Positions 31,258 through 44,822 of a stretch of DNA of 64,000 nt are shown here, one piece after another; within the stretch, counting starts at the first letter, position 1, and every line of letters begins with the position of its first letter. The position numbers were made by a program, and so were the translations under genes. Under the pieces are notes generated by a model. That model did not search any database. It worked only from the letters and a program-made list of their open reading frames with translations, and was not told the DNA's origin. Source of the stretch: an uncultured Spirochaetota bacterium (GTDB lineage Bacteria; Spirochaetota; Spirochaetia; SZUA-6; CAVTHK01). The stretch is taken from NCBI GenBank assembly GCA_963734495.1, contig CAVTHK010000006.1:57109-121108 (forward strand). The letters are read 5' to 3'.

Positions 31258-31387
31258 CACGGCGCGGCCGTACGGCGCCGTTCCGGGCGATTGACACCAA
31301 CTTTCATATCCTGTATCGAATGCGGTTGATGCGGGCCGCTCGGGCGGCGTCCGCGGGACGCGGTGTGCGGCGTCCGGAGGTCTTGCG

Positions 31388-32035
31388 GTGAGACAGAAAG
31401 TGCTGCGCCAGCAGCAGGTCGAGGCGCGCCTGCGCGAGTACTGCGGCGAGGTGACCGCGAGCGCTCGCGTCTTCCGCGAGGCATTCGCGGCGGCCTGCGA
31501 AGGCTGCTCCCGGGAGCGGCTCGGCGAGATCTTCGGCCGGCTCCACCGGGCGGAGAGCAACGCCGACGACATCCGCCGCTCGACCGAAACTCAGATGTAC
31601 ACCGAGGCGCTCTTCCCCGAGTCGCGGGGCGACATCCTCGGCCTGCTCGAGGCAGTCGACCGCGTGCCCAACCACGAGGAGTCCTCGGTCCGCATGGTGC
31701 TGCATCAGCACATCACGATTCCCGAGGAGCTGCGCGCGGATCTGCTGGCGCTCGTGGACGCCTGCGCGCGGTGCGTGGACTCGCTGGTCGAGGGCGTCAG
31801 CCTTCTTTTCAAAAACTTCCTGGCGGCCACCGTCTCGGTCGGCCAGGTCGAGGAGCTCGAGAGCCTGGTCGACCGGCTGGAGGGCGCGCTCGTCGACCGC
31901 ATCTTCTCGGGAAGCCTCGACGCGCTTTCCAAGATCCTGCTCCGCGACCTGGTGCAGCGCCTCGGGGGCGTGGCGGACCGATGCGAGAGCGCCGCGGACC
32001 GCATACGGATCATCGTGGCCAAGAGGAGCACGTAA
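31388..32035 (+). CDS. DUF47/PhoU-like phosphate transport regulator
   Basis: ESNADDIRR, RGDILGLLEAVDRV, ESLVD, VADRCE; directly upstream of PiT. Confidence 0.88.
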   Translation: MRQKVLRQQQVEARLREYCGEVTASARVFREAFAAACEGCSRERLGEIFGRLHRAESNADDIRRSTETQMYTEALFPESRGDILGLLEAVDRVPNHEESSVRMVLHQHITIPEELRADLLALVDACARCVDSLVEGVSLLFKNFLAATVSVGQVEELESLVDRLEGALVDRIFSGSLDALSKILLRDLVQRLGGVADRCESAADRIRIIVAKRST

Positions 32036-32036
32036 C

Positions 32037-32981
32037 GTGCTGCTGGCCCCGGTTCCCCTCGTCGGCGGCGTGTTCCTCGGCTGGGCGCTCGGCGCCAACG
32101 ACGCCGCCCACGTGTTCGGCACGGCGGTGGGCGCGAGGATCCTGAAATTCCGCACGGCCAGCATCGTCTGCGCGGTCTGCGTGATGGCCGGGGCCGCCCT
32201 CGAGGGTCAGGGGGGCATCGCGACGCTCTCAGGCCTGACCACGCAGACCACGAGCACGCTCCTGGTCGTGACCGTTTCCGCGGGGATCGCCATCACCATC
32301 ATGACGGTGGCGGGGCTCCCGATCAGCACGTCCCAGGCGATCGTCGGTGCGATCGCGGGGGTGGGGTTGGCGACGCGCAACCTGCAGACCGCCAGCCTGC
32401 TCAAGGTCGTGGTCTGCTGGGTCGCGACTCCGATCGGCGCCATGGTTTTTTCGTTCGTGATCTACCAGGCGCTGCGCGCGGTCATGCGGCGGGTCCCCAT
32501 GAGCATCCTCACGCGGGACACCCTGCTGTGGACCGGGCTCGTCGCAGTCGGCGCCTACGGCGCATACGCGCTCGGGGCCAACAACGTGGCCAATGCCACC
32601 GGGGTCTTCTCGGGCCTCATACCCGGCGTCTCGGACTTCCACCTCGCTCTACTCGGCGGCGCGTCGATCGCCCTCGGAGTCCTCACGATGGGCAAGAGGG
32701 TGTTCATGGCGGTGGGCACCGGCCTGCTGAGGCTGAACGCCTACTCGGCGCTCGTCGCGGTTTCGGGAATGGCCGTCACGACGCACGTCTTTGCCGTGAT
32801 CGGCGTGCCGGTCAGCACGAGCCAGGCGATCGTCGGCGGGATCCTCGGCGTCGGCCTGCTCCAGGGTTTCCACGCCTTCGAGTTCCGCGTCCTGCGCAAC
32901 ATGGCGCTCGGCTGGGTGCTCTGCCCGGCGATCTCTTTCGTGCTTTCAGCCGCGGGATTCGCCATCATCATCGGCGGCTGA
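32037..32981 (+). CDS. Inorganic phosphate transporter (PiT family)
   Basis: GANDAAHVFGTAVG and GANNVANATG signatures; PISTSQAIVG and PVSTSQAIVG repeats. Confidence 0.92.
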   Translation: MLLAPVPLVGGVFLGWALGANDAAHVFGTAVGARILKFRTASIVCAVCVMAGAALEGQGGIATLSGLTTQTTSTLLVVTVSAGIAITIMTVAGLPISTSQAIVGAIAGVGLATRNLQTASLLKVVVCWVATPIGAMVFSFVIYQALRAVMRRVPMSILTRDTLLWTGLVAVGAYGAYALGANNVANATGVFSGLIPGVSDFHLALLGGASIALGVLTMGKRVFMAVGTGLLRLNAYSALVAVSGMAVTTHVFAVIGVPVSTSQAIVGGILGVGLLQGFHAFEFRVLRNMALGWVLCPAISFVLSAAGFAIIIGG

Positions 32982-33032
32982 GGAGCGGACGGCTGAGGCG
33001 CGGCGCCGGCTCAGGCGCGGCGCAGCCCCTGC

Positions 33033-33779
33033 TCACCTCGCCTGCTTTGACATCGCGGCCCGCGCGCCCTCGCGGATCGCGTCGAGGCCCTGGTACGGGC
33101 GATCGCCTATGAACGCGACAGGCAGCTGCCTGAGCGCCTGCCCCTGCCCTTCCAGCCGCCGCAGGAGCTGCGGGAGCGTCGCCGCGTCCAGGATGCTGTG
33201 CCGCGCCAGGCGCAGCACCTTGCCTGCGTGCTGCGCCGCCGAAGGAAGCCCACGCTCCAGGTACTCGTCGCAGTCGCCGCAGCCGGGGTCGAAGTAGAAA
33301 TCGATGAGCAGCACCTCGAGCGAATACAGGTCGAGCAACCGCTCCTCGTCGAACTGCGCCTCCATCTTGCGGCACTCGTCGCAGCCCGAGGCGGCGGAAT
33401 AGGCGGGACGCGCCGATTCCGCGAACGTCGCCTTGACCACCAGCCGCTGGTTGTCGAGCTCGGGCAGGTTCGACCTGACGAGCAGGTTCCGCTGCGTCCA
33501 CGTGTCGCTCCGGTACGGCTCAGGGGTGTAGACAAGCGTCACGTCGCGCGTCTCGCCCGGCTCGAGGACGAGCATGTCCGGCCGGACCTCGAGGCAGCCG
33601 CAGCCGCTCAGCAGGTCGACGCGCGCTATCTTGTCGCGCGACGGGTTCTTCAGCGAGTAGACCGCGGTGACCGGGCGCTCATCCCGAACCAGGCCCAGGT
33701 CGACGATCCCGAGGATGTCGGCTCGACCCGGGGCGGACACGACAAGAACGAACAGCAGCGACGAAACAATCCCGCGCAC
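33033..33779 (-). CDS. Exported protein with DUF1573-like Ig domain and thioredoxin-like CxxC domain
   Basis: Signal peptide; SGCGC, LEPGET, CDEC, FYFDPGCGDC. Confidence 0.6.
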   Translation of the reverse strand: MRGIVSSLLFVLVVSAPGRADILGIVDLGLVRDERPVTAVYSLKNPSRDKIARVDLLSGCGCLEVRPDMLVLEPGETRDVTLVYTPEPYRSDTWTQRNLLVRSNLPELDNQRLVVKATFAESARPAYSAASGCDECRKMEAQFDEERLLDLYSLEVLLIDFYFDPGCGDCDEYLERGLPSAAQHAGKVLRLARHSILDAATLPQLLRRLEGQGQALRQLPVAFIGDRPYQGLDAIREGARAAMSKQAR

Positions 33780-33788
33780 GTCTCGACC

Positions 33789-34760
33789 TCACTTGTACAG
33801 CCAGCAGTATACATCCCGCTCCGCTTCCGCGCGAACCGGCGTCGGACGCTCGCTCTTGCAGCGCTCCATGACGTGGGGGCAGCGATTCGCGAACTTGCAC
33901 CCCGCGAAGCCATACTCCTTGGTCTCGAGGTCGGACATCTTCTCGCGCTTCGTCCACCTGACGCCGACGTGGGGCACCGAGGCGAGCAGGAGCTGCGTGT
34001 AGGGATGGAGCGGCTTGCGGAGCACCTCCGCCGCCCGGCCGAACTCCACGATGCAGCCGCGGTAGAGGATCACGATGTAGTCGCTGATGTAGTAGGCGGT
34101 GGCCAGATCGTGGGTGATGTAGAGGAAGCTGGTGGCGTAGTCCTGCTTGATCCTGCGGAAGAGGTTCACGATGTTCATCCGCAGGCTCGCGTCGATCATG
34201 CTCACGGGCTCGTCGGCCACGATCAGCTTGGGCTTGGGGATGAGCGCCCGCGCGACCGAGACGCGCTGGAGCTCGCCCCCCGAGAACTGGTTCGGGTACT
34301 TCCCGACGACGTCGTTGTAGTGCAGGCCGACGGAGTGCAGCGCGTCCTCGATCTGCCGCTCAGCCTCTGCGCCCCGCTTCGCCTTGTTTATGTGAAGGGC
34401 TGTGTCGCGGAGGTAGTTGTCCACCCTGCGGTACGCGTTGAACGCCTCGAAAGGGTTCTGGAAGATCGGCTGCACGAGGTGCCTCAGCTCCCGCACCGTC
34501 ACGGCGTGGTCGCCGCGCGCCACGATGCGCCTGCCTTCGACCTCGAGGCTCCCGCCGTTCGGCTCGACGAGCCGCAGCAGCACCTTGGCCAGCGTCGTCT
34601 TGCCGCTGCCCGATTCTCCGATCAGGCTCACCACGATCGGCGAGTCGCTCCGCACCTCGAAGCTCACGTCGTCGAGGGCGTGGATCCGGATACGGTGGAG
34701 GAGGCTCCCCAGAGAGTAGTTCTTGCGCAGGTGGTCGGCCTTGATGACGGTGCGTTCCAC
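33789..34760 (-). CDS. Opp/Dpp-family ABC ATP-binding protein (OppF-like)
   Basis: GESGSGKT, FSGGELQR, ADEPVSMIDAS, GCKFANRC. Confidence 0.93.
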   Translation of the reverse strand: MERTVIKADHLRKNYSLGSLLHRIRIHALDDVSFEVRSDSPIVVSLIGESGSGKTTLAKVLLRLVEPNGGSLEVEGRRIVARGDHAVTVRELRHLVQPIFQNPFEAFNAYRRVDNYLRDTALHINKAKRGAEAERQIEDALHSVGLHYNDVVGKYPNQFSGGELQRVSVARALIPKPKLIVADEPVSMIDASLRMNIVNLFRRIKQDYATSFLYITHDLATAYYISDYIVILYRGCIVEFGRAAEVLRKPLHPYTQLLLASVPHVGVRWTKREKMSDLETKEYGFAGCKFANRCPHVMERCKSERPTPVRAEAERDVYCWLYK

Positions 34761-34762
34761 GC

Positions 34763-35758
34763 CTACTCCTCGGGGAAAAAGCAGGCCGCTTTATGGCCCG
34801 GTGCGAGATCTTCGAACGGCGGCTCGTATTCGCGGCACTTCGCCTGCGCCTTCTTGCAGCGGTCGGCGAACCGGCACCCCTGCAGGTTGTCCCACAGGCT
34901 CGGCGGCTTGCCCTCGACGCCCTGCCTCTCGCGGTCGTCGCCGACCTTGGGCAGGCTCTCGATCAGCATCTTCGTGTAGGGGTGGCGCGGCCGCGAGAAG
35001 ATCTCCTCCGAAGTCCCGTACTCCACGACCTTGGCGGCGTACATGATAAGCATGCGGTGCGTGAGCTGGTAGTGCACGCCCATGTCGTGCGTGACGAGAA
35101 AGATCGTGTTCCGCATCCTTTCCTGCAGCTCGGCGAGCAGCAGGAGGATGCCCTTCTGCACGACGACGTCGAGCGCCGTGGTCGGCTCGTCCGCGAGGAT
35201 GATCTCGGGGTGAAAGAAGGTAGCCAGCGCCACCATGACCCGCTGCCTCATGCCGCCGGAGAGCTGATGCGGGTAGGCGTCGAGCGCCTCGACGGGGAGG
35301 TCGAGCTCGCGGAAGAAAGCGCGCACCTGGTCCAGGGTCGCCTCCTGCTGCTCCCGCGTCTGGAAGCCCTGGAAATCCAGGAACTGCTTTCGGATGCGCA
35401 CGACGGGGTTGAGCGAGCTCATGGAGCTCTGCGGGATGTAGGAGATCCGCTTGAACCAGTAGTCCTTGATGTTCTCCGTCGTGATCGGCTCCATCCCGCC
35501 CAGGTCGTAGCGGATGCGTCCGCGCGTCAAGGCGAGCGGGTACTGGATGTCGCCGTACAGGAGCTTCATCAGTGTGGTCTTGCCGCAGCCCGATTCGCCG
35601 GCGATCCCGATGATCTTTTGCGTCTCCACCGAGAGGCTCACGCGGTCGACCGCGTTGACGGTGCCGCGCACGGTCGTGTAGGTGCCGACGACGTCCTCGA
35701 ACGTGATGGCGGGCGCGGCGGTGGCCGGCCGGAACCCGAGCGGCGCGACGGTGCTCAT
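34763..35758 (-). CDS. Opp/Dpp-family ABC ATP-binding protein (OppD-like)
   Basis: ATG overlaps the permease stop (TGATG); [25 protein letters not shown]. Confidence 0.92.
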   Translation of the reverse strand: MSTVAPLGFRPATAAPAITFEDVVGTYTTVRGTVNAVDRVSLSVETQKIIGIAGESGCGKTTLMKLLYGDIQYPLALTRGRIRYDLGGMEPITTENIKDYWFKRISYIPQSSMSSLNPVVRIRKQFLDFQGFQTREQQEATLDQVRAFFRELDLPVEALDAYPHQLSGGMRQRVMVALATFFHPEIILADEPTTALDVVVQKGILLLLAELQERMRNTIFLVTHDMGVHYQLTHRMLIMYAAKVVEYGTSEEIFSRPRHPYTKMLIESLPKVGDDRERQGVEGKPPSLWDNLQGCRFADRCKKAQAKCREYEPPFEDLAPGHKAACFFPEE

Positions 35759-36580
35759 CAGTGGCCCCGCCTTTCCGCGAAGTACTGGTTGTAGCCCGTC
35801 GACGTCAGGAACAGCCCGAGGAACAGGAGGCTCGTGGCCACGATCGGCGCCCCGATCCACACGTACTTGCCCGGTCATGATCGCGCTGTAGGTGATGGCC
35901 CAGTAGACGGCGGAGCCGAGCGTCGGGGTCTGTATGGACGAGAGCCCGATGACCGCCAGCGCCGCCTCGGCGTTGATCACCGAGAGGATCGAGTTGATAA
36001 AGGCCACGATCCCGTAGGCGTACACGTAGGGAAAGAACTCCTGCGCGATGATCCGCGCCTTGCTGCAGCCCGAGTACCAGGCCATGTTCACGAACTCGCG
36101 CTCGCGCACCGAGAGCGCGATCGAGCGCGTGGTCCGAGCGCCCCACGCCCACCCGAAGGCGATCAGGATCGGCACGATCGTGATCAGCCCGCCCTTTCCG
36201 CGGATGAGCGAGCTCAGGACGATCAGGATCGGGAAGGTCGGGATCACGATGAACGAGTCGTTGATCAGCATCGCGACCCGGTCGTACGAACCGCCGAGGT
36301 AGCCGGAGCTCAGGCCCACCGCCAGCCCGATCAGGCTCGTGCAGATGCTCACCCCCGCGCCGAGCAGGATCGAGTTGCGGATCGCGAACATGAGGAACCA
36401 GAAGATGTCCTGCCCGAGGCCGTTGGTGCCCAGCAGGTGCTCCCAGCTGATCTTGAGGTACGGCGGGTAGGAGCTCTGCATCGACGGGTCCTTGGGGCAG
36501 AAGAGCGTCAGAACGAAAGCGCACAGCAAGAACACCGCGAGAATGACGACCCCGACCTTGAGCCGGCTGTTCCACTTCAT
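35758..36580 (-). CDS. Opp/Dpp-family ABC permease (OppC-like), one frameshift near 35871
   Basis: LGTNGLGQDIFW, REREFV, PTLG; the last TM helix (YVWIGAPIVATSLLFLGLFL) and TGA are in the shifted frame. Confidence 0.88.
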
Positions 36581-36588
36581 CTCGGCAC

Positions 36589-37593
36589 CTACTTGTGGCG
36601 GATCCGCGGATCGAACAGCGGGTAGACGAGATCGATGACGAACGTGGCCGTCGCGACCGCCACGATGGTCACCGTCAGGCAGCCGTAGAGCAGGTTGTAG
36701 TCCCCCTCGCCGATGGCCCGGCGCATGATCATGCCCATCCCCGGGTAGGAGAACAGCATCTCCGTGATCATCGCGCCGCTGAAGATCGAGCCCAGAGAGA
36801 GGGCCAGCGCCGTGACCTGCGGCAGAATCGCGTTGCGGGCCACGTAGTCGGTCATGATGTGGTTGCCCGGCACGCCCTTGAGCCGCGCGTAGACGACGTA
36901 GCTCTCCTCCTTGGTGGCGAACGACAGCGCCTTCATCCCGAGGATGTTCCAGCCGAAGCCCGCCAGCACGAGGGCGAGGGCCGGCAGCACGGAGTTGTAG
37001 ACGACCTCCCAGACCTTTCTGATCGAGAGCGGCCCCGGCATGATGAGGGTCGTGAGCGGGAACAGCGGGATGATGAACGCCAGGAGGATGATGAGAGCCA
37101 GCGCAAAGATGTAGTACGGGATCGGGTAGATCAGCACGCCGATGGTCTCGGCGACGGATGCGAACCTCCGGTTGTGGTAGAAGCCCGCGATCAGCCCGAT
37201 CAGGTTACCGAGGGTCCACGAGATCACCGTCGACACGATCAGCAGGCCGAAGGTCCAGGGAAGCGAGTTCTTGATGAACCACGAGACCGGCGTCGGGTAG
37301 CCGGAAAGCGAAGGGCCGAAATCAAAGGTGATAAAGACGCGCTTGAGGTAGCCGAGGTACTGCTGCCAGAGCGAGCCCTTGAGGCCGTAGAGCTCGGTCA
37401 GCGCCCCGCGGATGGCGTCCACCTGTTCGGCCGACAGGCTCTGGCCCGCCCGCGACTGCATCTGCGACAGGTAGTTGTCTATCGGGTCGGCGGGCATCAG
37501 GCGCGGGAGGATAAAGACGATCGTGATGCCGATGAACAGCACCCCGAGGTAGGTGGCGAACCGCGTCCCCAGGTACGTCAGAAGGTTCTTCAA
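36589..37593 (-). CDS. Opp/Dpp-family ABC permease (OppB-like)
   Basis: PRLMPADP, FDFGPS, YARLKG, FSYPGMG, FDPRIR. Confidence 0.93.
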   Translation of the reverse strand: MKNLLTYLGTRFATYLGVLFIGITIVFILPRLMPADPIDNYLSQMQSRAGQSLSAEQVDAIRGALTELYGLKGSLWQQYLGYLKRVFITFDFGPSLSGYPTPVSWFIKNSLPWTFGLLIVSTVISWTLGNLIGLIAGFYHNRRFASVAETIGVLIYPIPYYIFALALIILLAFIIPLFPLTTLIMPGPLSIRKVWEVVYNSVLPALALVLAGFGWNILGMKALSFATKEESYVVYARLKGVPGNHIMTDYVARNAILPQVTALALSLGSIFSGAMITEMLFSYPGMGMIMRRAIGEGDYNLLYGCLTVTIVAVATATFVIDLVYPLFDPRIRHK

Positions 37594-37622
37594 AGTGTGC
37601 CGCCGCCTCCCCGCCGAAGAAA

Positions 37623-37650
37623 GCTGCGGCGGTCTCGCGACCGCCGCAGC
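37623..37650 (-). other. Intercistronic stem-loop after the solute-binding protein gene
   Basis: GCTGCGGCGGTC-tcgc-GACCGCCGCAGC, perfect 12-bp stem. Confidence 0.65.
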
Positions 37651-37666
37651 GTCGAGGCGAATCCTA

Positions 37667-39576
<1,910 letters not shown>

Positions 39577-39598
39577 CTTCTCCACCTCCTCGTGGCGA

Positions 39599-41138
39599 CT
39601 ACTTCTTTTCCCTGACCAATCTCAGGGCCATGCGCGGCTTTCGGGGAAGCGGCACTTCGCACTTCCCGGTGAACGAGCCAATCGGCTCGATCGTCATGTT
39701 CCACGTGTCGATCACGTCGACCTTGTACGTGTTCTTTCCGAGCGTGAACGCGCGCTTCGCCGGCGCGTGGTCGGCGAAGTAGACGAGGTAGTAGTCGTCG
39801 CCGTAGCGGCACATGCCGTCGTGGCCGCCCTGCATGAAGCTCCGGTCGTTCTTCGGCACGGGCTTGAGCCCGGGGACGCCCGACTCCTCGAGCAGCTTGC
39901 GCAGGAACGCGATCCGCTTCGGGCTCTTGCCCACGAGCTTGCCGCCCTTGGCCCACCAGAGCATCTCTTCGGGGTTCAGGTAGGTCTCGCCGTGGCCGAC
40001 GTAGCCGCCGCGGGCAGAAGCCCAGCCAGAAGCGATGCACCATCTCCTCGGCCGTGATGTCGCCCCAGCGCATCTCGATGTCGCCCTCGTAGCAGCACTC
40101 GTCGTAGATCACCGGCTTCCAGTAGCTGTGCGCACCCAGGTCGTCCGTCATGCGCGAGGTCGCTGCTCTGGATCGAGCGTGCGTGACCCACGGCAGGGAG
40201 TGGTCGTAGAAGACGCGAGCGCAGTTGTGGATGGAGCGCAGGTGATCGTAGGGGTCCGTGTCGCGCACGAGCTTGAAGTAATCGTGCCAGTCCTGCATCT
40301 TGATCGAGGGCATGAGGTCGTACTCGTTGGCCAGGGACCACCACACGTTGCGGAACGCAGCGAGCCGAGCCATCAGATACTTCAAGACGCGCTCGTTGAC
40401 GCCGCGCGGCATGTGGTCGAAGCCCCACGCGCCGAAGTCGTAGGGGTGGAAGAGGATGAGGTCGGCCTCGATGCCGAGCTTCTGCAGGTCGAGGATGCGG
40501 CGCTCGAGCTTCTGGAAATAGACGGGGTTCAGGCGGTCGTAGTCCCACTTCGCGAGGGCCGGCTGGTTGTGGTTGTCGCGCATCGACATGTCCCACTTGC
40601 CGGTGAGGCCGCCCTCGAACGGGTAGGACTCGGGCTCGTTGTAGTTGTATCGGTAGCGCTTGGGAAAGACGCACATCCTCATCTTGTTGAAAGGCGCCTT
40701 TTTCAGCGTGCGCAGCGTCTCGGCCTCGAGCTCGGGGGTCTGGTGGTTCCAGACGTAGCAGGTCGTGCCGACGCACCAGTACGGGCGTGCCGTCCTCGTA
40801 GGCGAAGTTGGTGGAGTCGTGGACCCGCACCGGGCCCGTGGTTGCCCGCCGACGGGGCGATGCATTCGAACGAGCCTTCCTGCCCGTCGAGCTCGCGCAC
40901 GTTGCTGCTGGTGCGGAAGGTCCACTTGCCTTCCATGCGCGGCATGAAGCGCACGACCGAACGTGTCGTCGCCGTCGTAGAATCCGTTGACGCGGACCTG
41001 CTGGAAGTCGACGACCTTGCCCGCGTTGGTGAACTCGCACTCCAGCCTGACTTCGGTAAACGGGTTCCTGGCGCTCCTTGCCTGGAATTTCGCTTCGAAA
41101 CAGCCCCACTTTTCGATCTTTGCGTTACTGAGCTTCAT
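39599..41138 (-). CDS. DUF5060/DUF4038/DUF5605-type putative glycoside hydrolase (apiosidase-like), frameshifted as sequenced
   Basis: [68 protein letters not shown]. Confidence 0.8.
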
Positions 41139-41182
41139 TCCTTCGTTTCCTTACGCCTCGGCACCGATACGATAACAAACGC

Positions 41183-41211
41183 AGGTTAGCATGCGCCCCT
41201 GCCGCTGTCAA
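41183..41211 (-). promoter_or_regulatory. sigma70 promoter of the hydrolase-ABC operon
   Basis: Minus strand TTGACA-17 nt-TAACCT with extended TG. Confidence 0.7.
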
Positions 41212-41243
41212 ACAAATGGCGCACCCAAGCTCCCCCCGGCGCC

Positions 41244-42671
<1,428 letters not shown>

Positions 42672-42709
42672 CGGCTGACCTCCCTCTCGCGTACGGTGGC
42701 GGCCCCGAG

Positions 42710-42752
42710 ATTATAGGACCGCCCGATGGAGGTGTCAACGAAAAGTTTCGTT
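42710..42752 (-). promoter_or_regulatory. Consensus sigma70 promoter of the isomerase with an operator palindrome overlapping the -35 box
   Basis: Minus strand TTGACA-17 nt-TATAAT (42738-42710); AACGAAA-AG-TTTCGTT at 42737-42752. Confidence 0.8.
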
Positions 42753-42941
42753 TGCTTGCGTATCCGGGGCGGAAGGGGCAGACGACGGGCCGCGAGGGGT
42801 CATCGCGGGGCGGCATGGTTCCCTTCAGCTTATTATAGAAGAAGTTAGGCAAAGCGGCCGCTCCGTCGGGTTCCGCGGGATGTTTTCTTTTACTTACGGA
42901 TTCTTCTTGATCAGAAGGGAAACCTGTGCTTCAATAGGGGC

Positions 42942-43787
42942 ATGGAACGAGGCCGAAAGGCTGCCGTGCGCGCGCCGCTTGCTCCCGCCGAGATCGCGAA
43001 GCGCGCGCGCAGCATCCGGCGGCGCATCATCCGCATGAACGCGGGCGCCGGGCAGGGGCACACGGGGGCCGACCTCTCGGAGACCGACATCCTCGCCACG
43101 CTCTTTTTCAACGTGCTGAACATCGCGCCCGACCGGCTCGACGACCCGGAGCGGGACCGCTTCATACTCAGCAAGGGGCACGGGATCGGCGGCTTCTACT
43201 GCATGCTCGCGGAGGCCGGCTATCTCGACGAGGCGCTGCTCGCGACCTACCTCAAGTTCGACTCGCGGCTGCCGGGACACCCGGTGCGGCAGAAGACGCC
43301 GGTGATCGAGCTGAACACCGGCGCGCTGGGCCACGGGCTCTCCGTAGGCGTGGGGCTGGCGCTCGCGGGCCGCATGAGCGGGCGCTCGTACCGGGTGTTC
43401 GTGCTCACGGGCGACGGGGAGCTTCAGGAGGGGTCGGTGTGGGAGGCGGCGATGAGCGCGTCGCGGTTCGAGCTGGGGCGGCTCGTCGCGATCGTGGACC
43501 GCAACACGCTGCAGCTCGCCGACAGGACCGAGAAGATCATGCCGCTGGAGCCGCTGGCGGCCAAGTGGCAGGCCTTCGGGTGGGACGTCCACGAGTGCGG
43601 CGGGCACGACCCGGCCGCGCTGATCGCCACGATCGCGGGCCTCGACCTCGCCGGGACGAAGCCGCACGTGGTGATCGCGAGGACCACCAAGGGGAAGGGA
43701 GTCTCGTTCATCGAGGACCAGGCTTCCTGGCACCACAGGATCCCCGTGGGGAACCAGGTCGAGCAGGCCATAGAGGAGCTCGAGTGA
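42942..43787 (+). CDS. Split transketolase, N-terminal (TPP-binding) subunit
   Basis: GHTGADLS, RDRFILSKGH, LPGHP, TGALGHG, GDGELQEG, KGKG..WHH. Confidence 0.95.
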   Translation: MERGRKAAVRAPLAPAEIAKRARSIRRRIIRMNAGAGQGHTGADLSETDILATLFFNVLNIAPDRLDDPERDRFILSKGHGIGGFYCMLAEAGYLDEALLATYLKFDSRLPGHPVRQKTPVIELNTGALGHGLSVGVGLALAGRMSGRSYRVFVLTGDGELQEGSVWEAAMSASRFELGRLVAIVDRNTLQLADRTEKIMPLEPLAAKWQAFGWDVHECGGHDPAALIATIAGLDLAGTKPHVVIARTTKGKGVSFIEDQASWHHRIPVGNQVEQAIEELE

Positions 43788-44752
43788 TGAGCGCGGCCCC
43801 TCCCCTCGTCGACCTGCGCGACGCCATGGTCGCCGCGTTCACCCGCGCCGTCGATGAGGGCGTCAACGTCGTCGTGGTCGTGAGCGACTCGACGAGCACG
43901 TCCCGCATCGGCCCTTTCAGGGACAAGCACCCCGACCGCGTGATCGACGTGGGCATCGCGGAGCAGAACCTCGTCGGCGTGGCCGTCGGCCTCTCGCTCG
44001 GCGGCTACGTCGCGGTCACGGCCAACGCGGCGCCGTTCCTCGTGGGCCGCGCCAACGAGCAGGTCAAGAACGACGTCTGCTACTCCGAGACCAACGTCAA
44101 GCTCGTCGGGCTGAACGCGGGGGTCGCCTACGGAGCGCTCGCGAGCACGCACCACTCGATCGACGACCTCTCGATCATGCGGGGGTTCGGCAACATCACC
44201 ATCCTCGCCCCCTGCGACGCGGTCGAGGCCGACCGGGTGTTCCGCTTCGCTCTCGGCCACAAGGGGCCGGTCTACATCCGCATGGACAGCGTCGCGCTGC
44301 CCCTGCTCCATGAAGAAAGCTACGAGTTCGCGCCGGGCGCGGTGGACGTGCTGCGCGAAGGCGGCGACGTCACGATCGCCGCGATCGGCACCGTCGTCCA
44401 CGAAGCGGCGGCCGCGGCGCGGGACCTCGAGGCGGAGGGCGTCGGCGTCGACCTGCTGAACGTGCCGTGCCTCCGGCCTCTGGACCCGGCGCGCCTGCTG
44501 GCCTCCGTGCGCCGCACCGGGCGCGTGCTCACCGTGGAGGAGCATTCCGTGCACGGCGGGCTGGGATCGCTCGTGGCCGAGACGGTCGCCGAGGCGGGGG
44601 TCGCCGCGGCGGTACGCCGGCTCGGCATTCCCGAGGGGCAGTTCTCCAAGGCCGGGCCGCGCGGCGAGATCCGGGCCTGGTGCGGGATCGATCGCGCCGG
44701 GATCGCGAAGGCGGCGCGGGAGCTGATCGGGCGGCCCGCCCTTGTCCGCTGA
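43787..44752 (+). CDS. Split transketolase, C-terminal subunit
   Basis: VSDSTST, GIAEQN, RANEQVKND, STHHSIDD, VEEHS..GGLGS; TGATG coupling to the N-terminal subunit. Confidence 0.95.
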   Translation: MSAAPPLVDLRDAMVAAFTRAVDEGVNVVVVVSDSTSTSRIGPFRDKHPDRVIDVGIAEQNLVGVAVGLSLGGYVAVTANAAPFLVGRANEQVKNDVCYSETNVKLVGLNAGVAYGALASTHHSIDDLSIMRGFGNITILAPCDAVEADRVFRFALGHKGPVYIRMDSVALPLLHEESYEFAPGAVDVLREGGDVTIAAIGTVVHEAAAAARDLEAEGVGVDLLNVPCLRPLDPARLLASVRRTGRVLTVEEHSVHGGLGSLVAETVAEAGVAAAVRRLGIPEGQFSKAGPRGEIRAWCGIDRAGIAKAARELIGRPALVR

Positions 44753-44822
44753 GGCCGGCGCGCGACAAGCTATGCAGACGACGCGCCGCGCATTAGAATC
44801 TTCTCGCGAGGAAGCGGGGTCC

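Noticed and set aside
34763-36580. Apparent permease-ATPase fusion (605-aa ORF)
   Set aside because: Removing one base at 35870-35872 restores the permease's last TM helix and a TGATG stop-start overlap, giving two normal genes.
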